DNA from: Eledone cirrhosa | Lineage: Eukaryota | DNA: 64,000 bases | Direction of reading: 5' to 3' | Assembly: GCA_964016885.1 (NCBI GenBank) | Contig: OZ024742.1 | Coordinates: forward strand, 62,992,001-63,056,000 | In this document: positions 40,470-54,500 of the stretch, in pieces | Layout of the letters: each line of letters begins with the position of its first letter | How positions within the stretch are numbered: position 1 is the stretch's first letter | Notes under the pieces: generated by a model | Seen by the model: the letters and a program-made list of their open reading frames with translations, nothing else | Databases searched by the model: none | What the model was told of the DNA's origin: nothing | Program-made: the position numbers and the translations under genes

Positions 40470-43400
40470 GTCTTAATTTCTTACTACCTGTCTCTCTGTC
40501 AGTCTGTCATCTCTTAACTTCTTACTACCTGTCTCTCTGTCAGTCTGTCTTCTCTTAACTTCTTACTACATGTCTCTCTGTCAGTCTGTCTTCTCTTAAC
40601 TTTTTACTACCTGTCTCTCTGTCAGTCTGTCATCTCTTAACTTCTTACTATCTGTCTCTCTGTCAGTCTGTGTTCTCTTAACTCCTTACTACCTGCCTCT
40701 CTGTCAGTCTGTCATCTCTTAACTTCTTACTACCTGTCTCTGTCAGTCTGTCTTCTCTTAACTTCTTACTACCTGTCTCTCAGTCAGTCTGTCATCTCTT
40801 AACTTTTTACTACTTGTCTCTCTTTCAGTCTCTCTTCTCTTAACTTCTTACTACCTGTCTCTCTGTCAGTCTTTCATCTCTTAACTTCTTACTACCTGTC
40901 TCTCTGTCAGTCTGTCATCTCTTAACTTCTTACTACCTGTCTCTCTGTCAGTCTGTCATCTCTTAACTACTTACTATCTGTCTCTCTGTCAGTCTGTCTT
41001 CTCTTAACTTCTTACTACCCGTCTCTCTGTCAGTCTGTCATCTCTTAACTTCTTACTATCTGTTTCTCTGTCAGTCTGTGTTCTCTTAACTCCTTACTAC
41101 CTGCCTCAATGTCAGTCTCTCATCTCTTAACTTCTTACTACCTGTCTCTCTGTCAGTCTGTCATCTCTTAACTTCTAACTACCTATCTCTCTGTCAGTTT
41201 GTCATCTCTTAACTTCTTACTACCTCTCTCTCAGTCAGTCTGTCTTCTCTTAACTTCTTACTACCTGTCTCTCTGTCAGTCTGTCATCTCTTAACTTCTT
41301 ACTACCTGTCTCTCCGTCAGTCTGTCATCTCTTAACTTCTTACTACTTGTCTCTCTTTCAGTCTCTCTTCTCTTAACTTCTTACTACCTGTCTCTCTGTC
41401 AGTCCTTCATCTCTTAACTTCTTACTACCTGTCTCTCTGTCAGTCTGTCTTCTCTTAACTTCTTACTACCTGTCTCACTGTCAGTCTGTCATCTCTTAAA
41501 TTCTTACTACCTGTCTCTCTGTCAGTCTGTCATCTCTTAACTTCTTACTACCTGTCTCTCTGTCAGTCTGTCTTCACTTAACTTCTTACTACCTGTCTCA
41601 CTGTCAGTCTGTCATCTCTTAACTTCTTACTACCTGTCTCTCTGTCAGTCTGTCTTCTATTAACTTCTTACTACCTGTCTCTCTGTCAGTCTGTCTTCTC
41701 TTAACTTCTTACTACATGTCTCTCTGTCAGTCTGTCATCTCTTAACTTCTTACTATTTGTCTCTCTGTCAGTCTGTCTTCTCTTAACTTCTTACTACCTG
41801 CCTCTCTGTCAGTCTGTCATCTCTTAACTACTTACTATCTGTCTCTCTGTCAGTCTGTCTTCTCTTAACTTCTTACTACCTGTCTCTCTGTCAGTCTGTC
41901 TTCTCTTAACTTCTTAATACCTGTCTCTCTGTCAGTCTGTCATCTCTTAACTTCTTAGTATCTGTCTCTCTGTCAGTCTGTCTTCTCTTAACTTCTTACT
42001 AGCTGCCTCTCTATCAGTCTGTCATCTCTTAACTTCTTACTACCTGTCTCTCTGTCAGTCTGTCATCTCTTAACTTCTTACTATCTGTCTCTCTGTCAGT
42101 CTGTCTTCTCTTAACTTCTTACTACCTGTGTCTCTGTCAGTCTGTTTTCTCTTAACTTCTTACAATCTGTCTCTCTATCAGTCTGTCATCGCTTAACTTC
42201 TTACTACCTGTCTCTTTGTTTGTCTGTCTTCTCTTAACTTCTTACTACCTGTCTCTCTGTCAGTCTGTCATCTCTTAACTTCTTACTATCTGTCTCTCTG
42301 ACAGTCTGTCTTCTCTTAACTTCTTACTACCTGTCTCTCTGTCAGTCTGTCATCTCTTAACTTCTAACTACCTGTCTCTCTGTCAGTCTGTCATCTCTTA
42401 ACTTCTTACTACCTGTCTCTCTGTCAGTCTGTCTTCTCTTAACTTCTTACTACATGTCTCTCTGTCAGTCTGTCTTCTCTTAACTTCTTACTACCTGTCT
42501 CTCTGTCAGTCTGTCTTCTCTTAACTTCTTACTGCCTGTCTCTCTGTCAGACTGTCATCTCTTAACTTCTTACTACCTGTCTCTCTGTCAGTCTGTCATC
42601 TCTTAACTTCTTACTACATGTCTCTCTGCCAGTCTGTGTTCTCTTAACCTCTTACTACCTGTCTCTCTGTCAGTCTGTCATCTCTTAACTTCTTACTACC
42701 TGTCTCTCTGTCAGTCTGTCTTCTCTTAACTTCTTACTACATGTCTCTCTGTCAGTCTGTCTTCTCTTAACTTCTTACTACCTGTCTCTCTGTCAGTCTG
42801 TGTTCTCTTAACTTCTTACTACCTGTTTCTCTGTCAGTCTGTCATCTCTTAACTTCTTACTACCTGTCTCTCTGTCAGTCTGTGTTCTCTTAACTCCTTA
42901 CTACCTGCCTCTCTGTCAGTCTTTCATCTCTTAACTTCTTACTACCTGTCTCTCTGTCAGTCTGTCTTCTCTTAACTTCTTACTACATGTCACTCTGTCA
43001 GTCTGTGTTCTCTTAACTCCTTACTACCTGCCTCTCTGTCAGTCTTTCATCTCTTAACTTCTTACTACCTGTCTCTCTGTCAGTCTGTCTTCTCTTAACT
43101 TCTTACTACATGTCTCTCTTTCAGTCTCTCTTCTCTTAAATTCTTACTACCTGTCTCTCGGACAGTCTTTCATCTCTTAACTTCTTACTACATGTCTCTC
43201 TGTCAGTCTGTCTTCTCTTAACTTCTTACTACCTGTCTCTCTGTCAGTCTGTCTTCTATTAACTTCTTACTACCTGTCTCTCTGTCAGTCTGTCATCTCT
43301 TAACTTCTTACCACCTGTCTCTCTGTCAGTCTGTCATATCTTAACTTCTTACTACCTGTTTCTGTGTCAGTCTGTCTTCTCTTAACCTCTTGCTACATGT

Positions 43401-45200
43401 CTCTCTGTCAGTCTGTCTTCTCTTAACTTCTTACTACCTGTCTCTCTGTCAGTCTGTCTTCTCTTAACTTCTTACAATCTGTCTCTCTCTCAGTCTGTCA
43501 TCGCTTAACTTCTTACTACCTGTCTCTTTGTTTGTCTGTCTTCTCTTAACTTCTTACTACCTGTCTCTCTGTCAGTCTGTCATCTCTTAACTTCTTACTA
43601 TCTGTCTCTCTGACAGTCTGTCTTCTCTTAACTTCTAACTACCTGTCTCTCTGTCAGTCTGTCATCTCTTAACTTCTTACTACCTGTCTCTCTGTCAGTC
43701 TGTCTTCTCTTAACTTCTTACTACATGTCTCTCTGTCAGTCTGTCTTCTCTTAACTTCTTACTACCTGTCTCTCTGTCAGTCTGTCTTCTCTTAACTTCT
43801 TACTGCCTGTCTCTCTGTCAGTCTGTCATCTCTTAACTACTTACTATCTGTCTCTCTGTCAGTCTGTGTTCTCTTAACTCCTTACTACCTGCCCCTCTGT
43901 CAGTCTGTCAACTCTTAACTTCTTACTACCTGTCTCTCTGTCAGTCTGTCTTCTCTTAACTTCTTACTACCTGTCTCTCTGTCTGTCTGTCTTCTCTTAA
44001 CTTCTTACTACCTGTCTCTCTGTCAGTCTGTCATCTCTTAACTACTTACTATCTGTCTCTCTGTCAGTCTGTCTTCTCTTAACTTCTTACTACCTGTCTC
44101 TCTGTCAGTCTGTCTTCTCTTAACTTCTTACTACCTGTCTCTCTGTCAGTCTGTCATGTCTTAATTTCTTACTACCTGTCTCTCTGTCAGTCTGTCATCT
44201 CTTAACTTCTTACTACCTGTCTCTCTGTCAGTCTGTCTTCTCTTAACTTCTTACTACATGTCTCTCTGTCAGTCTGTCTTCTCTTAACTTTTTACTACCT
44301 GTCTCTCTGTCAGTCTGTCATCTCTTAACTTCTTACTATCTGTCTCTCTGTCAGTCTGTGTTCTCTTAACTCCTTACTACCTGCCTCTCTGTCAGTCTGT
44401 CATCTCTTAACTTCTTACTACCTGTCTCTGTCAGTCTGTCTTCTCTTAACTTCTTACTACCTGTCTCTCAGTCAGTCTGTCATCTCTTAACTTTTTACTA
44501 CTTGTCTCTCTTTCAGTCTCTCTTCTCTTAACTTCTTACTACCTGGCTCTCTGTCAGTCTTTCATCTCTTAACTTCTTACTACCTGTCTCTCTGTCAGTC
44601 TGTCATCTCTTAACTTCTTACTACCTGTCTCTCTGTCAGTCTGTCATCTCTTAACTACTTACTATCTGTCTCTCTGTCAGTCTGTCTTCTCTTAACTTCT
44701 TACTACCCGTCTCTCTGTCAGTCTGTCATCTCTTAACTTCTTACTATCTGTTTCTCTGTCAGTCTGTGTTCTCTTAACTCCTTACTACCTGCCTCAATGT
44801 CAGTCTCTCATCTCTTAACTTCTTACTACCTGTCTCTCTGTCAGTCTGTCATCTCTTAACTTCTAACTACCTATCTCTCTGTCAGTTTGTCATCTCTTAA
44901 CTTCTTACTACCTCTCTCTCAGTCAGTCTGTCTTCTCTTAACTTCTTACTACCTGTCTCTCTGTCAGTCTGTCATCTCTTAACTTCTTACTACTTGTCTC
45001 TCTTTCAGTCTCTCTTCTCTTAACTTCTTACTACCTGTCTCTCTGTCAGTCCTTCATCTCTTAACTTCTTACTACCTGTCTCTCTGTCAGTCTGTCTTCT
45101 CTTAACTTCTTACTACCAGTCTCACTGTCAGTCTGTCATCTCTTAAATTCTTACTACCTGTCTCTCTGTCAGTCTGTCATCTCTTAACTTCTTACTACCT
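40470..45200. repeat. Direct repeat of an approximately 1.1-kb block (about 40470-41560 / 44160-45200) flanking a left-type island
   Basis: The same 2-bp CT deletion at 40740/44428 and ACCCGT third C at 41020/44708 (offset 3688=90x41-2). Confidence 0.85.
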
Positions 45201-48200
45201 GTCTCTCTGTCAGTCTGTCTTCTATTAACTTCTTGCTACCTGTCTCTCTGTCAGTCTGTCATGTCTTAACTTCTTACTACCTGTCTCTCAGTCAGTCTGT
45301 CTTCTCTTAACTTCTTACTACCTGTCTCTCAGTCAGTCTGTCTTCTCTTAACTTCTTACTACCTGTCTCTCTCTCAGTCTGTCATCTCTTAACTTCTTAC
45401 AACATGTCTCTCTGTCAGTCTGTCTTCTCTTAACTTCTTACTACCTGTCTCTCTGTCAGTCTGTCATCTCTTAACTTCTTACTACCTGTCTCTCAGTCAG
45501 TCTGTCATCTCTTAACTTTTTACTACTTGTCTCTCTTTCAGTCTGTCTTCTCTTAACTTCTTACTACATGTCTCTCTGTCAGTCTGTCATCTCTTAACTT
45601 CTTACTATCTGTCTCTCTGTCAGTCTGTCTTCTCTTAACTTCTTAATACATGTCTCTCTATCAATCTGTCTTCTCTTAACTTCTTACTACCTGTCTCTCT
45701 GTCAGTCTGTCATCTCTTAACTTCTTACTATCTGTCTCTCTGTCAGTCTGTGTTCTCTTAACTCCTTACTACCTGCCTCTCTGTCAGTCTGTCATCTCTT
45801 AACTTCTTACTACATGTCTCTCTGTCAGTCTGTCTTCTCTTAACTTCTTACTACCTCTCTCTCAGTCAGTCTGTCTTCTCTTAACTTCTTACTACCTGTC
45901 TCTCTGTCAGTCTGTCATCTCTTAACTTCTTACTACCTGTCTCTCTGTCAGTCTGTCTTCTCTTAACTTCTTACTACCTGTCTCTCTGTCAGTCTGTCAT
46001 CTCTTAACTTCTTACTACCTGTCTCTCAGTCAGTCTGTCTTCTCTTAACTTCTTACTACCTGTCTCTCTGTCAGTCTGTCATCTCTTAACTTCTTACTAC
46101 CTGTCTCTCAGTCAGTCTGTCATCTCTTAACTTTTTACTACTTGTCTCTCTTTCAGTCTCTCTTCTCTTAACTTCTTACTACCTGTCTCTCTGTCAGTCT
46201 TTCATCTCTTAACTTCTTACTACCTGTCTCTCTGTCAGTCTGTCTTCTCTTAACTTCTTACAACCTGTCTCACTGTCAGTCTGTCATCTCTTAACTTCTT
46301 ACTACCTCTCTCTCTGTCAGTCTGTCTTCTATTAAGTTCTTGCTACCTGTCTCTCTGTCAGTCTGTCATGTCTTAACTTCTTACTACCTGTCTCTCTGTC
46401 AGTCTGTCATCTCTTAACTTCTTACTACCTGTATCTCTGTCAGTCTGTCTTCTCTTAACTTCTTACTACATGTCTCTCTGTCAGTATGTCTTCTCTTAAC
46501 TTCTTACTACCTGTCTCTCTGTCAGTCTGTCATCTCTTAACTTCTTACTATCTGTCTCTCTGTCAGTCTGTCATGTCTTAACTTCTTACTACCTGTCTCT
46601 CTGTCAGTCTGTCATCTCTTAACTTCTTACTACCTGTCTCTCTGTCAGTCTGTCTTCTCTTAACTTCTTACTACATGTCTCTCTGTCAGTCTGTCTTCTC
46701 TTAACTTCTTACTACCTGTCTCTCTGTCAGTGTGTCATCTCTTAACTTCTTACTACCTGTCTCTCTGTCAGTCTGTCATCTCTTAACTTTTTACTATCTG
46801 TCTCTCATTCAGTCTCTCTTCTATTAACTTCTTACTACCTGTCTCTCTGTCAGTCTGTCATCTCTTAACTTCTTACTACCTGTCTCTCTGTCAGTCTGCC
46901 ATCTCTTAACTTCTAACTACCTGTCTCTCTGTCAGTTTGTCATCTCTTAACTTCTTACTACCTCTCTCTCAGTCAGTCTGTCTTCTCTTAACTACTTACT
47001 ACCTGTCTCTCTGTCAGTCTGTCTTCGCTTAACTTCTTACAACCTGTCTCACTGTCAGTCTGTCATCTCTTAACTTCTTACTACCTGTCTCTCTGTCAGT
47101 CTGTCATCTCTTAACTTCTTACTACCTGTCTCTCTGTCAGTCTGTCATCTCTTTACTTCTTACTACCTGTCTCTCTGTCAGTCTGTCTTCTATTAACTTC
47201 TTGCTACCTGTCTCTCTGTCAGTCTGTCATGTCTTAACTTCTTACTACCTGTCTCTCTGTCAGTCTGTCATCTCTTAACTTCTTACTACCTGTCTCTCTG
47301 TCAGTCTGTCTTCTCTTAACTTCTTACTACATGTCTCTCTGTCAGTCTGTCTTCTCTTAATTTCTTACTATCTGTCTCTCTGTCAGTCTGTCATCTCTTA
47401 ACTTCTTACATTTTTGTCTTTCTGTCAGTCTGTGTTCACTTAACTCCTTACTACCTGTCTCTCTGTCAGTCTGTCATCTCTTAACTTCTTACTACCTGTC
47501 TCTCTGTCAGTCTGTCTTCTATTAACTTCTTACTACCTGTCTCTCTGTCAGTCTGTCATGTCTTAACTTCTTACTACCTGTCTCTCTGTCAGTCCGTCAT
47601 CTCTTAACTTCTTACTACCTGTCTCTCTGCCAGTCTGTCTTCTCTTAACTTCTTACTACATGTCTCTCTGTCACTCTGTCTTCTCTTAACTTCTTACTAT
47701 CTGTCTCTCTGTCAGTCTGTCATCTCTTAACTTTTTACTATTTGTCTCTCTTTCAGTCTCTCTTCTCTTAACTTCTTACTACCTGTCTCTCTGTCAGTCT
47801 TTCATCTCTTAACTTCTTACTACCTGTCTCTCTGTCAGTCTGTCTTCTCTTAACTTCTTACTACCTGTCTCACTGTCAGTCAGTCATCTCTTAACTTCTT
47901 ACTACCTGTCGCTCTGTCAGTCTGTCAGCTCTTAACTTCTTACTACCTGTCTCTCTGTCAGTCTTTCATCTCTTAACTTCTTACTACCTGTCTCTCTGTC
48001 AGTCTGTGTTCTCTTAACTCCTTACTACCTGCCTCAATGTCAGTCTCTCATCTCTTAACTTCTTACTACCTGTCTCTCTGTCAGTCTGTCATCTCTTAAC
48101 TTCTAACTACCTGTGTCTCTGTCAGTTTGTCATCTCTTAACTTCTTACTACCTCTCTCTCAGTCAGTCTGTCTTCTCTTAACTTCTTACTACCTGTCTCT

Positions 48201-48539
48201 CTGTCAGTCTGTCATCTCTTAACTTCTTACTACCTGTCTCTCAGTCAGTCTGTCATCTCTTAACTTCTTACTACTTGTCTCTCTTTCAGTCTCTCTTCTC
48301 TTAACTTCTTACTACCTGTCTCTCTGTCAGTCCTTCATCTCTTAACTTCTTACTACCTGTCTCTCTGTCAGTCTGTCTTCTCTTAACTTCTTACTACCTG
48401 TCTCACTGTCAGTCTGTCATCTCTTAACTTCTTACTACCTGTCTCTCTGTCAGTCTGTCATCTCGTAACTTCTTACTACCTGTCTGTCTGTCAGTCTGTC
48501 TTCTCTTAACTTCTTACTACATGTCTCTCTGTCAGTCTG

Positions 48540-51500
48540 TCTTCTCTTAATTTCTTACTATCTGTCTCTCTGTCAGTCTGTCATCTCTTAACTTCTTACA
48601 TTTTTGTCTTTCTGTCAGTCTGTGTTCACTTAACTCCTTACTACCTGTCTCTCTGTCAGTCTGTCATCTCTTAACTTCTTACTACCTGTCTCTCTGTCAG
48701 TCTGTCTTCTATTAACTTCTTACTACCTGTCTCTCTGTCAGTCTGTCATGTCTTAACTTCTTACTACCTGTCTCTCTGTCAGTCTGTCATCTCTTAACTT
48801 CTTACTACCTGTCTCTCTGCCAGTCTGTCTTCTCTTAACTTCTTACTACATGTCTCTCTGTCACTCTGTCTTCTCTTAACTTCTTACTATCTGTCTCTCT
48901 GTCAGTCTGTCATCTCTTAACTTTTTACTATTTGTCTCTCTTTCAGTCTCTCTTCTCTTAACTTCTTACTACCTGTCTCTCTGTCAGTCTTTCATCTCTT
49001 AACTTCTTACTACCTGTCTCTCTGTCAGTCTGTCTTCTCTTAACTTCTTACTACCTGTCTCACTGTCAGTCAGTCATCTCTTAACTTCTTACTACCTGTC
49101 GCTCTGTCAGTCTGTCAGCTCTTAACTTCTTACTACCTGTCTCTCTGTCAGTCTGTCTTCTATTAACTTCTTGCTACCTGTCTCTCTGTCAGTCTGTCAT
49201 GTCTTAACTTCTTACTACCTGTCTCTCTGTCAGTCTGTCATCTCTTAACTTCTTACTACCTGTCTCTCTGTCAGTCTGTCATCTCTTAACTACTTACTAT
49301 CTGTCTCTCTGTCAGTCTGTCTTCTCTTAACTTCTTACTACCTGTCTCTCTGTCAGTCTGTCATCTCTTAACTTCTTACTATCTGTTTCTCTGTCAGTCT
49401 GTGTTCTCTTAACTCCTTACTACCTGCCTCAATGTCAGTCTCTCATCTCTTAACTTCTTACTACCTGTCTCTCTGTCAGTCTGTCATCTCTTAACTTCTA
49501 ACTACCTGTCTCTCTGTCAGTTTGTCATCTCTTAACTTCTTACTACCTCTCTCTCAGTCAGTCTGTCTTCTCTTAACTTCTTACTACCTGTCTCTCTGTC
49601 AGTCTGTCATCTCTTAACTTCTTACTACCTGTCTCTAAGTCAGTCTGTCATCTCTTAACTTCTTACTACTTGTCTCTCTTTCAGTCTCTCTTCTCTTAAC
49701 TTCTTACTACCTGTCTCTCTGTCAGTCCTTCATCTCTTAACTTCTTACTACCTGTCTCTCTGTCAGTCTGTCTTCTCTTAACTTCTTACTACCTGTCTCA
49801 CTGTCAGTCTGTCATCTCTTAAATTCTTACTACCTGTCTCTCTGTCAGTCTGTCTTCTCTTAACTTCTTACTACCTGTCTCTCTGTCAGTCTGTCTTCTA
49901 TTTACTTCTTGCTACCTGTCTCTCTGTCAGTCTGTCATGTCTTAACTTCTTACTACCTGTCTCTCAGTCAGTCTGTCTTCTCTTAACTTCTTACTACCTG
50001 TCTCTCAGTCAGTCTGTCTTCTCTTAACTTCTTACTACCTGTCTCTCTCTCAGTCTGTCATCTCTTAACTTCTTACAACATGTCTCTCTGTCAGTCTGTC
50101 TTCTCTTAACTTCTTACTACCTGTCTCTCTGTCAGTCTGTCATCTCTTAACTTCTTACTACCTGTCTCTCAGTCAGTCTGTCATCTCTTAACTTTTTACT
50201 ACTTGTCTCTCTTTCAGTCTGTCTTCTCTTAACTTCTTACTACCTGTCTCTCTGTCAGTCTGTCATCTCTTAACTTCTTACTATCTGTCTCTCTGTCAGT
50301 CTGTCTTCTCTTAACTTCTTAATACATGTCTCTCTATCAGTCTGTCTTCTCTTAACTTCTTACTACCTGTCTCTCTGTCAGTCTGTCATCTCTTAACTTC
50401 TTACTATCTGTCTCTCTGTCAGTCTGTGTTCTCTTAACTCCTTACTACCTGCCTCTCTGTCAGTCTGTCATCTCTTAACTTCTTACTACCTGTCTCTCTG
50501 TCAGTCTGTCTTCTCTTAACTTCTTACTACCTGTCTCTCAGTCAGTCTGTCTTCTCTTAACTTCTTACTACCTGCCTCTCTGTCAGTCAGTCATCTCTTA
50601 ACTTCTTACTACCTGTCTCTCTGTCAGTCTGTCTTCTCTTAACTTCTTACTACCTGTCTCACTGTCAGTCAGTCATCTCTTAACTTCTTACTACCTGTCG
50701 CTCTGTCAGTCTGTCAGCTCTTAACTTCTTACTACCTGTCTCTCTGTCAGTCTGTCTTCTATTAACTTCTTGCTACCTGTCTCTCTGTCAGTCTGTCATG
50801 TCTTAACTTCTTACTACCTGTCTCTCTGTCAGTCTGTCATCTCTTAACTTCTTACTACCTGTCTCTCTGTCAGTCTGTCATCTCTTAACTACTTACTATC
50901 TGTCTCTCTGTCAGTCTGTCTTCTCTTAACTTCTTACTACCTGTCTCTCTGTCAGTCTGTCATCTCTTAACTTCTTACTATCTGTTTCTCTGTCAGTCTG
51001 TGTTCTCTTAACTCCTTACTACCTGCCTCAATGTCAGTCTCTCATCTCTTAACTTCTTACTACCTGTCTCTCTGTCAGTCTGTCATCTCTTAACTTCTAA
51101 CTACCTGTCTCTCTGTCAGTTTGTCATCTCTTAACTTCTTACTACCTCTCTCTCAGTCAGTCTGTCTTCTCTTAACTTCTTACTACCTGTCTCTCTGTCA
51201 GTCTGTCATCTCTTAACTTCTTACTACCTGTCTCTCAGTCAGTCTGTCATCTCTTAACTTCTTACTACTTGTCTCTCTTTCAGTCTCTCTTCTCTTAACT
51301 TCTTACTACCTGTCTCTCTGTCAGTCCTTCATCTCTTAACTTCTTACTACCTGTCTCTCTGTCAGTCTGTCTTCTCTTAACTTCTTACTACCTGTCTCAC
51401 TGTCAGTCTGTCATCTCTTAAATTCTTACTACCTGTCTCTCTGTCAGTCTGTCATCTCTTAACTTCTTACTACCTGTCTCTCTGTCAGTCTGTCTTCTAT

Positions 51501-54500
51501 TAACTTCTTGCTACCTGTCTCTCTGTCAGTCTGTCATGTCTTAACTTCTTACTACCTGTCTCTCAGTCAGTCTGTCTTCTCTTAACTTCTTACTACCTGT
51601 CTCTCAGTCAGTCTGTCTTCTCTTAACTTCTTACTACCTGTCTCTCTCTCAGTCTGTCATCTCTTAACTTCTTACAACATGTCTCTCTGTCAGTCTGTCT
51701 TCTCTTAACTTCTTACTACCTGTCTCTCTGTCAGTCTGTCATCTCTTAACTTCTTACTACCTGTCTCTCAGTCAGTCTGTCATCTCTTAACTTTTTACTA
51801 CTTGTCTCTCTTTCAGTCTGTCTTCTCTTAACTTCTTACTACCTGTCTCTCTGTCAGTCTGTCATCTCTTAACTTCTTACTATCTGTTTCTCTGTCAGTC
51901 TGTCTTCTCTTAACTTCTTAATAGATGTCTCTCTATCAGTCTGTCTTCTCTTAACTTCTTACTACCTATCTCTCTGTCAGTCTGTCATCTCTTAACTTCT
52001 TACTATCTGTCTCTCTGTCAGTCTGTGTTCTCTTAACTCCTTACTACCTGCCTCTCTGTCAGTCTGTCATCTCTTAACTTCTTACTACCTGTCTCTCAGT
52101 CAGTCTGTCTTCTCTTAACTTCTTACTACCTGTCTCTCAGTCAGTCTGTCTTCTCTTAACTTCTTACTACCTGCCTCTCTGTCAGTCTGTCATCTCTTAA
52201 CTTCTTATTACCTGTCTCTCCGTCAGTCTGTCTTCTCTTAACTTCTTACTACCTCTCTCTCTGTCAGTCTGTCTTCTCTTAACTTCTTACTACCTGTCTC
52301 TCTGTCAGTCTGTCATCTCTTAACTTCTTACTACCTGTCTCTCAGTCAGTCTGTCTTCTCTTAACTTCTTACTACCTGTCTCTCAGTCAGTCTGTCTTCT
52401 CTTAACTTCTTACTACCTGTCTCTCTGTCAGTCTGTCATGTCTTAACTTCTTACTACCTGTCTCTCAGTCAGTCTGTCTTCTCTTAACTTCTTACTACCT
52501 GTCTCTCAGTCAGTCTGTCTTCTCTTAACTTCTTACTACCTGCCTCTCTGTCAGTCTGTCTTCTCTTAACTTCTTACTACCTGTCTCTCTGTCAGTCTGT
52601 CATCTCTTAACTTCTTACTACCTGTCTCTCAGTCAGTCTGTCTTCTCTTAACTTCTTACTACCTGTCTCTCAGTCAGTCTGTCTTCTCTTAACTTCTTAC
52701 TACCTGCCTCTCTGTCAGTCTGTCATCTCTTAACTTCTTATTACCTGTCTCTCCGTCAGTCTGTCTTCTCTTAACTTCTTACTACCTCTCTCTCTGTCAG
52801 TCTGTCTTCTCTTAACTTCTTACTACCTGTCTCTCTGTCAGTCTGTCATCTCTTAACTTCTTACTACCTGTCTCTCAGTCAGTCTGTCTTCTCTTAACTT
52901 CTTACTACCTGTCTCTCAGTCAGTCTGTCTTCTCTTAACTTCTTACTACCTGTCTCTCTGTCAGTCTGTCATGTCTTAACTTCTTACTACCTGTCTCTCA
53001 GTCAGTCTGTCTTCTCTTAACTTCTTACTACCTGTCTCTCAGTCAGTCTGTCTTCTCTTAACTTCTTACTACCTGCCTCTCTGTCAGTCTGTCTTCTCTT
53101 AATTTCTTACTATCTGTCTCTCTGTCAGTCTGTCATCTCTTAACTTCTTACATTTTTGTCTTTCTGTCAGTCTGTGTTCACTTAACTCCTTACTACCTGT
53201 CTCTCTGTCAGTCTGTCATCTCTTAACTTCTTACTACCTGTCTCTCTGTCAGTCTGTCTTCTATTAACTTCTTACTACCTGTCTCTCTGTCAGTCTGTCA
53301 TGTCTTAACTTCTTACTACCTGTCTCTCTGTCAGTCTGTCATCTCTTAACTTCTTACTACCTGTCTCTCTGCCAGTCTGTCTTCTCTTAACTTCTTACTA
53401 CATGTCTCTCTGTCACTCTGTCTTCTCTTAACTTCTTACTATCTGTCTCTCTGTCAGTCTGTCATCTCTTAACTTTTTACTATTTGTCTCTCTTTCAGTC
53501 TCTCTTCTCTTAACTTCTTACTACCTGTCTCTCTGTCAGTCTTTCATCTCTTAACTTCTTACTACCTGTCTCTCTGTCAGTCTGTCTTCTCTTAACTTCT
53601 TACTACCTGTCTCACTGTCAGTCAGTCATCTCTTAACTTCTTACTACCTGTCGCTCTGTCAGTCTGTCAGCTCTTAACTTCTTACTACCTGTCTCTCTGT
53701 CAGTCTGTCTTCTATTAACTTCTTGCTACCTGTCTCTCTGTCAGTCTGTCATGTCTTAACTTCTTACTACCTGTCTCTCTGTCAGTCTGTCATCTCTTAA
53801 CTTCTTACTACCTGTCTCTCTGTCAGTCTGTCATCTCTTAACTACTTACTATCTGTCTCTCTGTCAGTCTGTCTTCTCTTAACTTCTTACTACCTGTCTC
53901 TCTGTCAGTCTGTCATCTCTTAACTTCTTACTATCTGTTTCTCTGTCAGTCTGTGTTCTCTTAACTCCTTACTACCTGCCTCAATGTCAGTCTCTCATCT
54001 CTTAACTTCTTACTACCTGTCTCTCTGTCAGTCTGTCATCTCTTAACTTCTAACTACCTGTCTCTCTGTCAGTTTGTCATCTCTTAACTTCTTACTACCT
54101 CTCTCTCAGTCAGTCTGTCTTCTCTTAACTTCTTACTACCTGTCTCTCTGTCAGTCTGTCATCTCTTAACTTCTTACTACCTGTCTCTAAGTCAGTCTGT
54201 CATCTCTTAACTTCTTACTACTTGTCTCTCTTTCAGTCTCTCTTCTCTTAACTTCTTACTACCTGTCTCTCTGTCAGTCCTTCATCTCTTAACTTCTTAC
54301 TACCTGTCTCTCTGTCAGTCTGTCTTCTCTTAACTTCTTACTACCTGTCTCACTGTCAGTCTGTCATCTCTTAAATTCTTACTACCTGTCTCTCTGTCAG
54401 TCTGTCTTCTCTTAACTTCTTACTACCTGTCTCTCTGTCAGTCTGTCTTCTATTTACTTCTTGCTACCTGTCTCTCTGTCAGTCTGTCATGTCTTAACTT

